Shown: piece after piece, positions 18,269-25,961 of the stretch | Layout: each line of letters opens with the position of its first letter | Numbering within the stretch: the stretch's first letter is position 1 | DNA from: a virus | Strand: one strand, 5' to 3' | DNA: 48,715 nucleotides | Virus genome (UHGV): UHGV-0199265 | The notes under the pieces: generated by a model | What the model was told of the DNA's origin: nothing | The model's input: only the letters and a program-made list of their open reading frames with translations | Databases searched by the model: none | Position numbers and translations under genes: made by a program

Positions 18269-19024
18269 TTATGCCACATCAGCACCGTTAATCAGATGGC
18301 GAAGTGCCTGAACCCCATCGGCGTTGTAGCGAAACGCCTCAACCTGCTTATCTGAGTGTCTCGACTTATCCAGAAAGAACTTGCCGTACTGCTCAGTTTT
18401 CAGGTTGTGTTTATTGGCCACGCGACCGATCTTGTTCGCAGTGCAACCGAGCTGCGCTGCCACTTCACCCGCCGTTGAGTAATGCTCTTCAATCGCAGGC
18501 AGCGGCACAACTTCGTGACCGAGTAGTGGATTAACAAGGGTGGCCACGATCACCTGGTTAGCCGATTCACCAAGCCGCGGGAACATTGACATCAGCTCGC
18601 GGGCCGATGCGATGTTTTTCTCCAGCGCCTGAGCTTTGAGTTGTTCAGCTTTGGCAAGCCGGTATTCAGTAAGCCCTGAGGTGCTTTTGGTCGGCACCTG
18701 GATAGCCTGCATGTCTTCCAGCTTATCAACCAAAGAGCGGCGAACGGCCTTAGACTCGCGTGCGGCCACACGCAGTGCCTGCTTGACCGTCATTTCGATT
18801 ACGACCTGATCGGCGCCGCCTTTAGACTTGTCCATGGGGGTTACAAAAGTTTTGTAACCCTCCCCCTCAAGCTCATCACGAATGCGATCGATGAATACGT
18901 TATTACGTACCGGCTTCTCTCCGCATTGCTTACGCGCCTGATTGACCATTTCAAGCAGCGACTGGCTGTCAATGGTTTTATCAGTGACAATTGAACCTAC
19001 ATTTGCTACATTCTTCTTAGTCAT
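18269..19024 (-). CDS. Antirepressor-like protein (C-terminal KilAC/ANT-like region)
   Basis: 251 aa; C-terminal segment AGEVAAQLGCTANKIGRVANKHNLKTEQYGKFFLDKS resembles phage antirepressor C-terminal domains; sits in the immI-like insertion. Confidence 0.4.
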   Translation of the reverse strand: MTKKNVANVGSIVTDKTIDSQSLLEMVNQARKQCGEKPVRNNVFIDRIRDELEGEGYKTFVTPMDKSKGGADQVVIEMTVKQALRVAARESKAVRRSLVDKLEDMQAIQVPTKSTSGLTEYRLAKAEQLKAQALEKNIASARELMSMFPRLGESANQVIVATLVNPLLGHEVVPLPAIEEHYSTAGEVAAQLGCTANKIGRVANKHNLKTEQYGKFFLDKSRHSDKQVEAFRYNADGVQALRHLINGADVA

Positions 19025-19057
19025 ATACGTTCCTATACGTTGTCAGACTTCAGTAGA

Positions 19058-19088
19058 CCGCCAGCAGCCACTGGCGGTTTTTCTTTTT
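19058..19088 (+). terminator. Orphan plus-strand intrinsic terminator (CCGCCAG-cagcca-CTGGCGG-TTTTTCTTTTT)
   Basis: perfect 7-bp stem followed by T-run on + strand only; no + strand CDS upstream. Confidence 0.5.
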
Positions 19089-19107
19089 GCGCCGTCCAAT
19101 GCGCCTG

Positions 19108-19740
19108 TCAGTGAAGCTCCTTTCTTAATCTTGGTAGCACCCGCGACCAGTTGTCGTCGTTTTGTGGTTCATATGCAATATGCTCAGACGCCTTTGCTAT
19201 AGCCTTTCTCGCTTCTTCAAACGTCCAGCGAAACTCATTACCAAAGTCATAAAACTTACCTGCATACTCTGATTTGATTGTTCGCATTGCTGGGTATAAA
19301 TCTCTTGCAAAGTTTTGCATCCGATTGGTTACATCCCACATCCAAGCGAGTCGACATAGCTCATCATCGGTGAACTGCTTCGCAATCGGCGAATGCGCCA
19401 CTTCCCGATCCAGAATATCCAACACCCAGCGGCGGAACTCTTTGGCGACCGGAGTGCGGGCGAACATTGCTATAAGATGGGCGCCGCGCAAAGAGAAGAC
19501 GCGAACCTTCATTCTGCGGGTAGAGCCATTTATTCCATTGGTCACTGATTCAATGACCATTGTCATTCCCTGAGAGAACTCATCTTCGTACTGAGCGAAG
19601 AGGTTAGAAATTGACTTGGTGCTTTTGTAACCTAGAGCTTTCGCAATATCTGCAGATGTCAGCCAGACACCAGTGACATTTTCTACCGGATTGAGCGTTA
19701 CACCGTGGAAGTTGAAATCTGATTTAGCTACAATGTTCAT
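19108..19740 (-). CDS. ant: Antirepressor Ant (BRO-N domain)
   Basis: BRO-N-like N-terminus MNIVAKSDFNFHGVTL...VWLTSADIAKALGY...RVFSLRGAHLIA; AAGGAA RBS 9 nt before ATG at 19740 (a longer 19821 start with GAGGAG RBS is also possible). Confidence 0.7.
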   Translation of the reverse strand: MNIVAKSDFNFHGVTLNPVENVTGVWLTSADIAKALGYKSTKSISNLFAQYEDEFSQGMTMVIESVTNGINGSTRRMKVRVFSLRGAHLIAMFARTPVAKEFRRWVLDILDREVAHSPIAKQFTDDELCRLAWMWDVTNRMQNFARDLYPAMRTIKSEYAGKFYDFGNEFRWTFEEARKAIAKASEHIAYEPQNDDNWSRVLPRLRKELH

Positions 19741-19812
19741 GTCGATATTTCCTTCGCGGTTATTTTCGATAGAAGCCCCAAAGGTTGCCGCCAATGGGGC
19801 TTCGCTGTTTTT
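19741..19812 (+). ncRNA. Candidate sar-like antisense RNA (~70 nt) covering the ant RBS and the arc-ant spacer
   Basis: TACAAT -10 at 19729-19734 on + strand; perfect 9-bp hairpin GAAGCCCCA/TGGGGCTTC at 19772-19803 followed by T5; mirrors P22 sar arrangement. Confidence 0.45.
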
Positions 19813-19981
19813 ACTGACCATTCATGCGCTCCTCACGCAGGCTTTTTGCCAAACGCTGCACAATTGCAGAGTTAATCGATATCCCATCCATTTCAGCCAT
19901 ACGGCGGATCTCTTCCTTCATTCCTTCTGGCAAACGCAATTGGAAGCTAGAGCTTTTTCTTTCTGTATATAAAGTATCCAT
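19811..19981 (-). CDS. arc: Arc-like ribbon-helix-helix repressor
   Basis: FQLRLPEGMKEEIRRMAEMDGISINSAIVQRL matches Arc/MetJ RHH pattern; 56 aa from ATG with GAGGG RBS; immediately upstream of ant. Confidence 0.7.
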   Translation of the reverse strand: MDTLYTERKSSSFQLRLPEGMKEEIRRMAEMDGISINSAIVQRLAKSLREERMNGQ

Positions 19982-19995
19982 ATCAACCCTCATCT

Positions 19996-20016
19996 ATCAT
20001 GTCACCGTGACATGAT
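19996..20016. promoter_or_regulatory. 21-bp perfect palindromic operator (ATCATGTCAC-c-GTGACATGAT) in the arc/mnt divergent region, plus further GTGAC(A) half-sites up to ~20054
   Basis: perfect dyad just upstream of the arc start; additional imperfect inverted repeat TCACTGTGAC...GTCAATGTGA at 20018-20054. Confidence 0.6.
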
Positions 20017-20080
20017 ATCACTGTGACTCAATTTACGGATAATGTCAATGTGATAGCATCAAGAAAATTTTGAGGTGCTT

Positions 20081-20440
20081 ATGTCAGAAAAACCAGTCCG
20101 CGAATACGATAAATTCATGCTCCGCTTCCCTGATGGTATGCGTGATGCCATAGCTGAGAGAGCCAAGCGTAATGGCCGCTCCATGAACTCTGAGATAGTG
20201 CAGATACTCCAGGACACGCTAGAGGGTGGCTTTTCCCTTCAGATGGATACCGAGTTTGGTAAGGTTTACAACGATCTTATCTCTACAGAAGTAAAAACAT
20301 CTGAAGATTTTGATAAAAACAATGAAAGAATAGACTGGTTGATAGATCAGCTTGTCTGGAAAATCGATACTGACGCGGCAAAACTACGTGAGCTTATGAA
20401 TTTACGTAAAATAGCTAACGAATCTAAAAAACCCACCTGA
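20081..20440 (+). CDS. mnt: Mnt-like ribbon-helix-helix repressor (Arc-type N-terminus plus C-terminal extension)
   Basis: FMLRFPDGMRDAIAERAKRNGRSMNSEIVQIL RHH motif; divergent from arc-ant; RBS tgaggtgcttATG. Confidence 0.65.
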   Translation: MSEKPVREYDKFMLRFPDGMRDAIAERAKRNGRSMNSEIVQILQDTLEGGFSLQMDTEFGKVYNDLISTEVKTSEDFDKNNERIDWLIDQLVWKIDTDAAKLRELMNLRKIANESKKPT

Positions 20441-20451
20441 TGGTGGGTTTT
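20426..20451. terminator. Bidirectional terminator between convergent mnt-like and secreted-protein genes
   Basis: AAAAAA-ACCCACC-tgat-GGTGGGT-TTTT; the mnt-like gene stop codon lies in the loop. Confidence 0.6.
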
Positions 20452-20456
20452 AACGT

Positions 20457-21224
20457 TCATTCATAGTTATGATCTATCTCTGATGGACCACAGCCATAAA
20501 ATTTATCACCAGCCTGAATGACAAATTTGTGTCGAGGTTCACTTGGTACAAATCTAGCCATCATCGATCCACCATTGAAGGTAAAGGAATATTCCCTTCC
20601 ATCCCATCGTGGATTCTTACCCATCATTACACTGCCAGCGATAATCATTGCAGGGTAACGGCCAGTAATCATTGTAACATCCTCCCACACTAGGCAGTTT
20701 GTGGTAAAGGCGTGCTTTTCTTTCATAAAAAATGACTTTGCTTTTGCTCCAGAGAGACTCTCAACCATCCTCATTTCATCTTCTGATTTTTTTTGTAGTG
20801 CCGATGCCTTATCTATTTCGCATTTAGCCCACTGCTCCGTGGTTTTCTTTATTCGGTCAGATACAGCAAAGTTAGATTTGTCCTGGCTGGCGGCAAATAC
20901 CTTTGTTTTATCATCGACGAAAATCATACCATCTTTCTTTTCAGTCAGTGGTGGGCTTACTACATAAGAGCCGTCTGGTCTATATACTGTAAAAGATTTT
21001 CCGTCGAATTTCACATTTGCACTGCCTTTAGTGAGAAGAGTTGGAGGTGAGGAAAAATCCCCAACCGCATACTCACAAACAAGCTTTTCATTAGCCACAG
21101 CCACGCCTGAGGCCATCAAAAGACTAAGCGCAATAAAACCCCTCATATCCCTATCCCCGTTGGTTTGTTTTCGACAGATTAGCAGGGATATGAGGGAGTA
21201 AAAAGACCACCGTGGTTGGCTCAT
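20457..21224 (-). CDS. Secreted / membrane-anchored protein of unknown function (AT-rich moron)
   Basis: 255-aa ORF; ATGA coupling at 21221-21224 supports this start; internal Met at 21146 gives a classical signal peptide MRGFIALSLLMASGVAVA; much lower GC than surroundings. Confidence 0.5.
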   Translation of the reverse strand: MSQPRWSFYSLISLLICRKQTNGDRDMRGFIALSLLMASGVAVANEKLVCEYAVGDFSSPPTLLTKGSANVKFDGKSFTVYRPDGSYVVSPPLTEKKDGMIFVDDKTKVFAASQDKSNFAVSDRIKKTTEQWAKCEIDKASALQKKSEDEMRMVESLSGAKAKSFFMKEKHAFTTNCLVWEDVTMITGRYPAMIIAGSVMMGKNPRWDGREYSFTFNGGSMMARFVPSEPRHKFVIQAGDKFYGCGPSEIDHNYE

Positions 21225-21481
21225 TTCTTCTTCTCTTCACGTTTGCGTCGTCGCTCTTCCCGCAACTCCTCTCGGCGTAAATCATCAAACACCTTTACGA
21301 TCGCTTTCATCATCATGAAATTGACGAAGTGGTGATTAACGCAGCCGTGAATGCGTAACTGCTCGGTGAACTCTTCAGCCGATCGCAGCGCCTCCATCAT
21401 GTTCTTCTCGCCTTTCATGAACTCCGAGAAGTCGCGCCCCGCTCTGGAGGCGCATTCAACGATTCGGTTATTCATGGTCAC
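21221..21481 (-). CDS. Hypothetical protein (86 aa) with Lys/Arg/Glu-rich C-terminal tail
   Basis: translationally coupled (ATGA) on both sides. Confidence 0.4.
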   Translation of the reverse strand: MTMNNRIVECASRAGRDFSEFMKGEKNMMEALRSAEEFTEQLRIHGCVNHHFVNFMMMKAIVKVFDDLRREELREERRRKREEKKK

Positions 21482-22233
21482 GCCGCCGCATACAGCAACT
21501 TCATTTGTCCCTTAACGGGGAACGCAGCCATGCAGCGGGCTTCGAAGTCCTTCTGGTCAATGCTGCAACTGGCAATGTTGGTAACGGCGATCAGTTGCTG
21601 CTCGACCTTCTCCAGTGCATCAGGCTTAAGATGTTGGTGAATCTTCTCCTTGCTGTCCCCGGCGGCTTGTTTGGCTGCCTGATAGACATAATCAGGAAGT
21701 GCTACACCGTACACCCAGCGAGAGGTGATCTGCCCGAACAGAGCCGGGCAACCGCCGACATGACCAAAGTAAGGAAGGCCGGACATTTTCGACAGTGCTT
21801 GATAGAACGGGTCTTTAAAGCGCTTCTCCCAGGACGTTGGTTGCTGGCACACCATCAGGCCGACAATCTGATCCTCGGTGAGCTGGAATTTTTTACTCAG
21901 CAGAAGATTTTTAATGTGTCGGTCACAGGCGCGGGCGAATTTTACTGACAACCAGCGGGCGAATTCCACCGCCAACTCCGGATGAAGCCAGGTCCCGCCG
22001 TTTCGCCCTTTCTCCACTCTGACTAAAAGGGGAGAAAAATCCTCTTTTACGCCAGAGCTAGCAATTCCAAGCTCCTCAGCCAGTTCGGCGATATAAGTTT
22101 TTGTCGCCTCAGTCTTTAGCCAGTCCTTTGGAAGCTTGCCGTGATGCTTTGCAGCAACTGTGGCATTGAACCAGCAATCTGCTGTAAAAGGGAATGAACG
22201 GTCATCGTAATTCATAGGGATGATATTAGACAT
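21478..22233 (-). CDS. KilA-N domain protein
   Basis: N-terminus FTADCWFNATVAAKHHGKLPKDWLKTEATKTYIAELAEELG is KilA-N-like; 251 aa. Confidence 0.55.
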   Translation of the reverse strand: MSNIIPMNYDDRSFPFTADCWFNATVAAKHHGKLPKDWLKTEATKTYIAELAEELGIASSGVKEDFSPLLVRVEKGRNGGTWLHPELAVEFARWLSVKFARACDRHIKNLLLSKKFQLTEDQIVGLMVCQQPTSWEKRFKDPFYQALSKMSGLPYFGHVGGCPALFGQITSRWVYGVALPDYVYQAAKQAAGDSKEKIHQHLKPDALEKVEQQLIAVTNIASCSIDQKDFEARCMAAFPVKGQMKLLYAAA

Positions 22234-22376
22234 ATCGGTAATTACCTTTTAGTGATGAACCTTGTCTCACAGGAATCCGGCCCACAGAAAGGCACCGACA
22301 GCCAGCCGGTATCCTCAAGGGTCATCCTGAAAGGTTCTGTGTGAAATGCGCGTGAGATGCGCGGTGAAATTTGGGT

Positions 22377-22404
22377 ATAAAAAAGCCCCGGACTATACCG
22401 AGGC
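22377..22404 (-). terminator. Intrinsic terminator 4 nt after the tail-chaperone stop (GCCUCGG-uauagu-CCGGGGC-UUUUUU)
   Basis: 7-bp stem with one G-U, U6 tail; separates the late tail genes from the inserted cargo module. Confidence 0.55.
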
Positions 22405-22408
22405 TGGC

Positions 22409-23086
22409 TTATTGGTTAGCTTTGGCCTGCTTCCGTTTGCGTCTTGCAAAGTACGCATCGGCTGCATCGTCATACTCTTCCCTGGTATACCCTTTCTGAT
22501 CCGGGTATTTGGCGATGAGCATTAGGCTGAATTCGGTCATCGTCAGATTTTCAGCTTCCTCTCTGCTGATCCCGAAGTGGTTGCGTGCAGCGATAACGTA
22601 ATCGGCAGCTCTGAACTCACTGGTTTTTTCATTTGTCTCATGGCGCTGAAGTTTGCGTACTTTGGCCTTTCCGATAATGCCGTGCATCATCAGACTTTGT
22701 GCAAGGATGACCATATCCTGCGGATTCATGACGCCCTTATGCCACACAAACGCCCTTCTTTTGGTTTTGCCGGGCTTCATCCAGCCAACCAGATCACCTA
22801 TGTCATCATTGCAGCAAGCGGTGAGGACCGTATGGGCGGCCAGTAGAGATTTCTTATCAAGATGTAAAGCAGAAAGGTGTTTAGCCAGCCATTCAGGCAC
22901 TCTGCCGTACGCTTCGACAACCCTCTGAATGAGAGGTGTTATTTCATCGTTGCAAAGGTCATAGAACGTCTGAACTATTTCTGCTGGCTCGCCAATGCGC
23001 GACATAGCCATGAATGATGGCCGGAAAAAATAATCCCGGTCCCCGACGGTTACCAGGCATTCTCCCAGCTCTTTTAGCGGAACCAT
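22409..23086 (-). CDS. Tail assembly chaperone (G/GT-like position)
   Basis: ATG at 23086 with GGAGG RBS (the longer track ORF overlaps the major-tail gene); between major tail and tape measure; no frameshift seen in this single 225-aa ORF. Confidence 0.5.
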   Translation of the reverse strand: MVPLKELGECLVTVGDRDYFFRPSFMAMSRIGEPAEIVQTFYDLCNDEITPLIQRVVEAYGRVPEWLAKHLSALHLDKKSLLAAHTVLTACCNDDIGDLVGWMKPGKTKRRAFVWHKGVMNPQDMVILAQSLMMHGIIGKAKVRKLQRHETNEKTSEFRAADYVIAARNHFGISREEAENLTMTEFSLMLIAKYPDQKGYTREEYDDAADAYFARRKRKQAKANQ

Positions 23087-23138
23087 TTGCTGCCTCCTGT
23101 AAACAAAATCAAGGGCAGGATCCTGCCCTTTGTTTTGC

Positions 23139-23891
23139 TTACGCCGTGACAGTAACCACGTGGGTAGCCACGAATTCACCATCAACCGTCTTCACAGTAA
23201 TTGTTGCTGTTCCCGCCGTTGCACCTGACGGCGCTGACACGGTTACCGTATTACCAGTGATGGCGACGGTTGCACGTGCCGGCACGGATGAGCTGGCTGT
23301 GAACAGTTTGTTATCAGCATCTTCCGGTGCAATATTCACTGCGAATGTAGTACTGGAGCCAGCAGCAATAGAGCTGGTCGTCGGCGCAACACTTACACCG
23401 GTAACCAGAATGTCACCATCAGCTTCGGTGATCTGGAAAGTCTGACCGTCAGCCAGTTTGAACTCAAAGCTGTAGGTCACGATTTCTTTCACACCACCGC
23501 CGTCACTGGCTCCTGATGGGACCATATAGCCGATGTGGTAATAATCGCCCCAGTGGAAACGCATCCATACACCTGGCTGGCGGCGGGCACGAACCTCATC
23601 GACGATGTATTTCACGAACTGCTGAATGCCAAACTCATCAGTGCGGTCTTTAACGCGAACCTCCCCTTCGATGGAGTAGGTCGGGTCCAGACTGGCAATC
23701 AGGTTTGAACTGAATCCGCCGTTATCAGCATCAGAGGTCAGGGCCTCCGGGCTAAGGTCCCACGTTGCCGATGTTGGCAACCCCATCAGTTTCCAGTCGC
23801 CTTCCGCCGGAAACTGGTCGGCACAGCCGTAAGCCAGTTCCAGCGTCTTAGCGCGACCAATTAGTTGTCCGTTGTCGGAGCAGCCTTGCAT
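23139..23891 (-). CDS. Major tail protein with C-terminal Ig-like (Big_2-type) domain
   Basis: 250 aa; C-terminal Thr/Ala/Val-rich beta-sandwich-like segment as in lambda V C-domain; position. Confidence 0.65.
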   Translation of the reverse strand: MQGCSDNGQLIGRAKTLELAYGCADQFPAEGDWKLMGLPTSATWDLSPEALTSDADNGGFSSNLIASLDPTYSIEGEVRVKDRTDEFGIQQFVKYIVDEVRARRQPGVWMRFHWGDYYHIGYMVPSGASDGGGVKEIVTYSFEFKLADGQTFQITEADGDILVTGVSVAPTTSSIAAGSSTTFAVNIAPEDADNKLFTASSSVPARATVAITGNTVTVSAPSGATAGTATITVKTVDGEFVATHVVTVTA

Positions 23892-23959
23892 CGTTGCTTA
23901 CCTCGCTTCAGATAATAAAAAAGGCCGCTCCAGGCGACCTTATGTGGTTTTATTCGGTG

Positions 23960-24352
23960 TTATCCGCCAAAGAGGCAGGCGAACTGCAGGCGCCATACCA
24001 TACGCCCCTCGGCTGTGATAACAGGCGAAGGAATTCCGCCCATGTTGGATATCTGCCCAAGGCAGGTGTGCGTCATCGGGTTTTGCTGCACGTAATCGAT
24101 TATGGCCTGAGCGTCGTTCTCTGACTGCGCATAGTCAGCAGATGCCTTTCCCTTGCTTATCACGTCCACCATGACGTAGTAATCAGCGGCCATATCACGA
24201 TCTACTGGCGTGCCACCATTTGGTCGGAACACAATAAAGCGGTCAGATGCCTTGCCGGTATCATTCCATGACAGTGACTGAACGATGTATCCGGCAGTCA
24301 ATCCTGACTCAACAAAGACATTTCGAACCCGCCTGTGCATAGGAGGTGTCAT
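23960..24352 (-). CDS. Putative tail terminator / tail completion protein
   Basis: 130 aa, immediately upstream of major tail gene. Confidence 0.35.
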   Translation of the reverse strand: MTPPMHRRVRNVFVESGLTAGYIVQSLSWNDTGKASDRFIVFRPNGGTPVDRDMAADYYVMVDVISKGKASADYAQSENDAQAIIDYVQQNPMTHTCLGQISNMGGIPSPVITAEGRMVWRLQFACLFGG

Positions 24353-24774
24353 AGCTCCATCTCCCTGCGTATAACTGCGTCAACTCTGTCTCTGGCGTTT
24401 TCAGCACCTTTCTCAAGGAATTTTGGCTCGCCTGATGTATCCCATATATTTCCACGGGAGCCGGGCGCTTCGCCTTTTCTTACAGGACGCGGGGTGTTTT
24501 TTCCAAGATGAATACCTTTGGCCTCATGCACGTACGCCGCATAATTTGCAGAATAACCAATTCTCCCGGTTAGTCTGGTGCCCTTGATAACAACCTCTCT
24601 AAACTGAGAGTTAACCAGAGTGCTGGTATCGATAGGAACCAGCACCGCTGACTCCAGCCCAATCTCAAACAGAGCAGAGTAGAGCGCCCGCATGGTTTTT
24701 CGCTTTTCGATATTATCAATCAGCCGGTTGATATTATTGCTGACCTTGGAGACTCCCCGAACTTTAACGCCCAT
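24349..24774 (-). CDS. HK97 gp10-family head-tail joining protein
   Basis: 141 aa; SANYAAYVHEAKG motif typical of the HK97 gp10 family. Confidence 0.6.
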   Translation of the reverse strand: MGVKVRGVSKVSNNINRLIDNIEKRKTMRALYSALFEIGLESAVLVPIDTSTLVNSQFREVVIKGTRLTGRIGYSANYAAYVHEAKGIHLGKNTPRPVRKGEAPGSRGNIWDTSGEPKFLEKGAENARDRVDAVIRREMEL

Positions 24775-24776
24775 AA

Positions 24777-25139
24777 TCAGACTCCCGTCATCAGTGCGAA
24801 ATCGTCCGCCAGTCGCTCGAACGTATCTGCGAACTGGACGATCTGCCGAATCTCATCGGCCTCATCCGGCGGAGCCGCATCGGTCGACGCGCCAATCAGG
24901 ATGTAATCTCCCTCCCGCGCCGTTGCGTACTCGGTCCATATCGTGTTTTTAACAACGAGCTCCCGGCCAAGGTCACCGATTTTTGCAGAGAGTCCGCCCT
25001 GGTAGTCGCAGAGGATAGCGATCGGCGCTTCCCACCCGTAAGGCTGACCTCCGCCGTCGGTATCACTACCGTCAGCATCGCGTATGCGCCTCCAGATTGT
25101 CGCTGTTGCCGTGTATGACCAATTAGCTACCGAAGACAT
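24777..25139 (-). CDS. Head closure / head-tail adaptor protein (hypothetical)
   Basis: 120 aa, tightly coupled in connector gene block. Confidence 0.35.
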   Translation of the reverse strand: MSSVANWSYTATATIWRRIRDADGSDTDGGGQPYGWEAPIAILCDYQGGLSAKIGDLGRELVVKNTIWTEYATAREGDYILIGASTDAAPPDEADEIRQIVQFADTFERLADDFALMTGV

Positions 25140-25312
25140 CAGTCATCCCTCCATCGCAGCACGGCGGCGCCTGTGGCGCGTATGCGGTCGCAGTTAATGA
25201 ACCACTCACCGTCGCTTTTCACGTACGCCGTAGTTTGCTCGCCGGTATCGGTGATCACCCACACCCGGGTAAACGTCCGCGGCAGCCGTTGCTGAACTGA
25301 AACCCACGCCAT
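25139..25312 (-). CDS. Hypothetical small protein (57 aa)
   Basis: TAATG and TGATG overlaps with both neighbours; not in track (<60 aa). Confidence 0.3.
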   Translation of the reverse strand: MAWVSVQQRLPRTFTRVWVITDTGEQTTAYVKSDGEWFINCDRIRATGAAVLRWRDD

Positions 25313-25692
25313 TAGCAGCCCCCGACCACCAGAAACAGGCCCACGCTGTTACCGGCACTTATCGGCAGCTCACTGGTGCAGCCGCTGGTATCAAGCCGGG
25401 CCAACGAATCACGCAGCCAGGTAATGCCCTCATCTCCGTAATCGAACGAGCGGGACGCGCCTGATGGCGCTCCCTGCGATTTTATTCGCCGGGCACCGGA
25501 AGACGTCGCCATGAGCGCAGCGGCATACATCAGGATGAGCTTTGCCGTGCAGTCGTCATATCCCGCACCATCGAGGCACGGGATAATCTTGTTCACCACG
25601 CAGAGAATCGGATCGAGCAGCGAGGAGGGAATGGCGTAACCCAACTCACCGAGGAACGCCTGCACGTCTGCCGCTGTGATTGGGTCAGCCAT
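25312..25692 (-). CDS. Head-tail connector-like structural protein (hypothetical)
   Basis: 126 aa in connector block. Confidence 0.35.
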   Translation of the reverse strand: MADPITAADVQAFLGELGYAIPSSLLDPILCVVNKIIPCLDGAGYDDCTAKLILMYAAALMATSSGARRIKSQGAPSGASRSFDYGDEGITWLRDSLARLDTSGCTSELPISAGNSVGLFLVVGGC

Positions 25693-25694
25693 GG

Positions 25695-25952
25695 TTATTT
25701 CGCCTTCTTCGATTTGCTGGCAGATTCTTCCTGCTGCTCTGCCTGCTCTGCCTGCTCTGCCTGCTCTGCAGCATCATTGCCCGGTGTAGCCACTTCCAGC
25801 GTCTGCTCGTCATCACTAATGATTTCAACCAGACCAGCAGCTACCCAACGCTTAGCGACATCACCGCTTACCGAAACCTGAGCACCAACCTCCAGCTTCT
25901 GGAGATTGGCACCGGAAATCAGGTTATCGCGAACCACTTTTACCAGTGCCAT
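25695..25952 (-). CDS. Small acidic protein with (AEQ)x3 tandem repeat and Lys-rich tail
   Basis: 85 aa; DNA tandem repeat cctgctctg x3 at 25737-25767; directly downstream of the major capsid gene. Confidence 0.4.
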   Translation of the reverse strand: MALVKVVRDNLISGANLQKLEVGAQVSVSGDVAKRWVAAGLVEIISDDEQTLEVATPGNDAAEQAEQAEQAEQQEESASKSKKAK

Positions 25953-25961
25953 AAATACCCC

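Noticed and set aside
22409-23185. Programmed -1 frameshift (G/GT-type) in the tail assembly chaperone gene
   Set aside because: The chaperone reads as a single uninterrupted 225-aa ORF, and I could not identify a slippery heptamer plus an overlapping downstream frame by eye. Absence not proven.
25737-25767. Tandem 9-bp repeat cctgctctg x3, considered as a possible CRISPR-like or VNTR element
   Set aside because: Only three short adjacent copies without spacers, inside a coding frame where it encodes (AEQ)3. Not a CRISPR array; kept only as a note on the small acidic protein.
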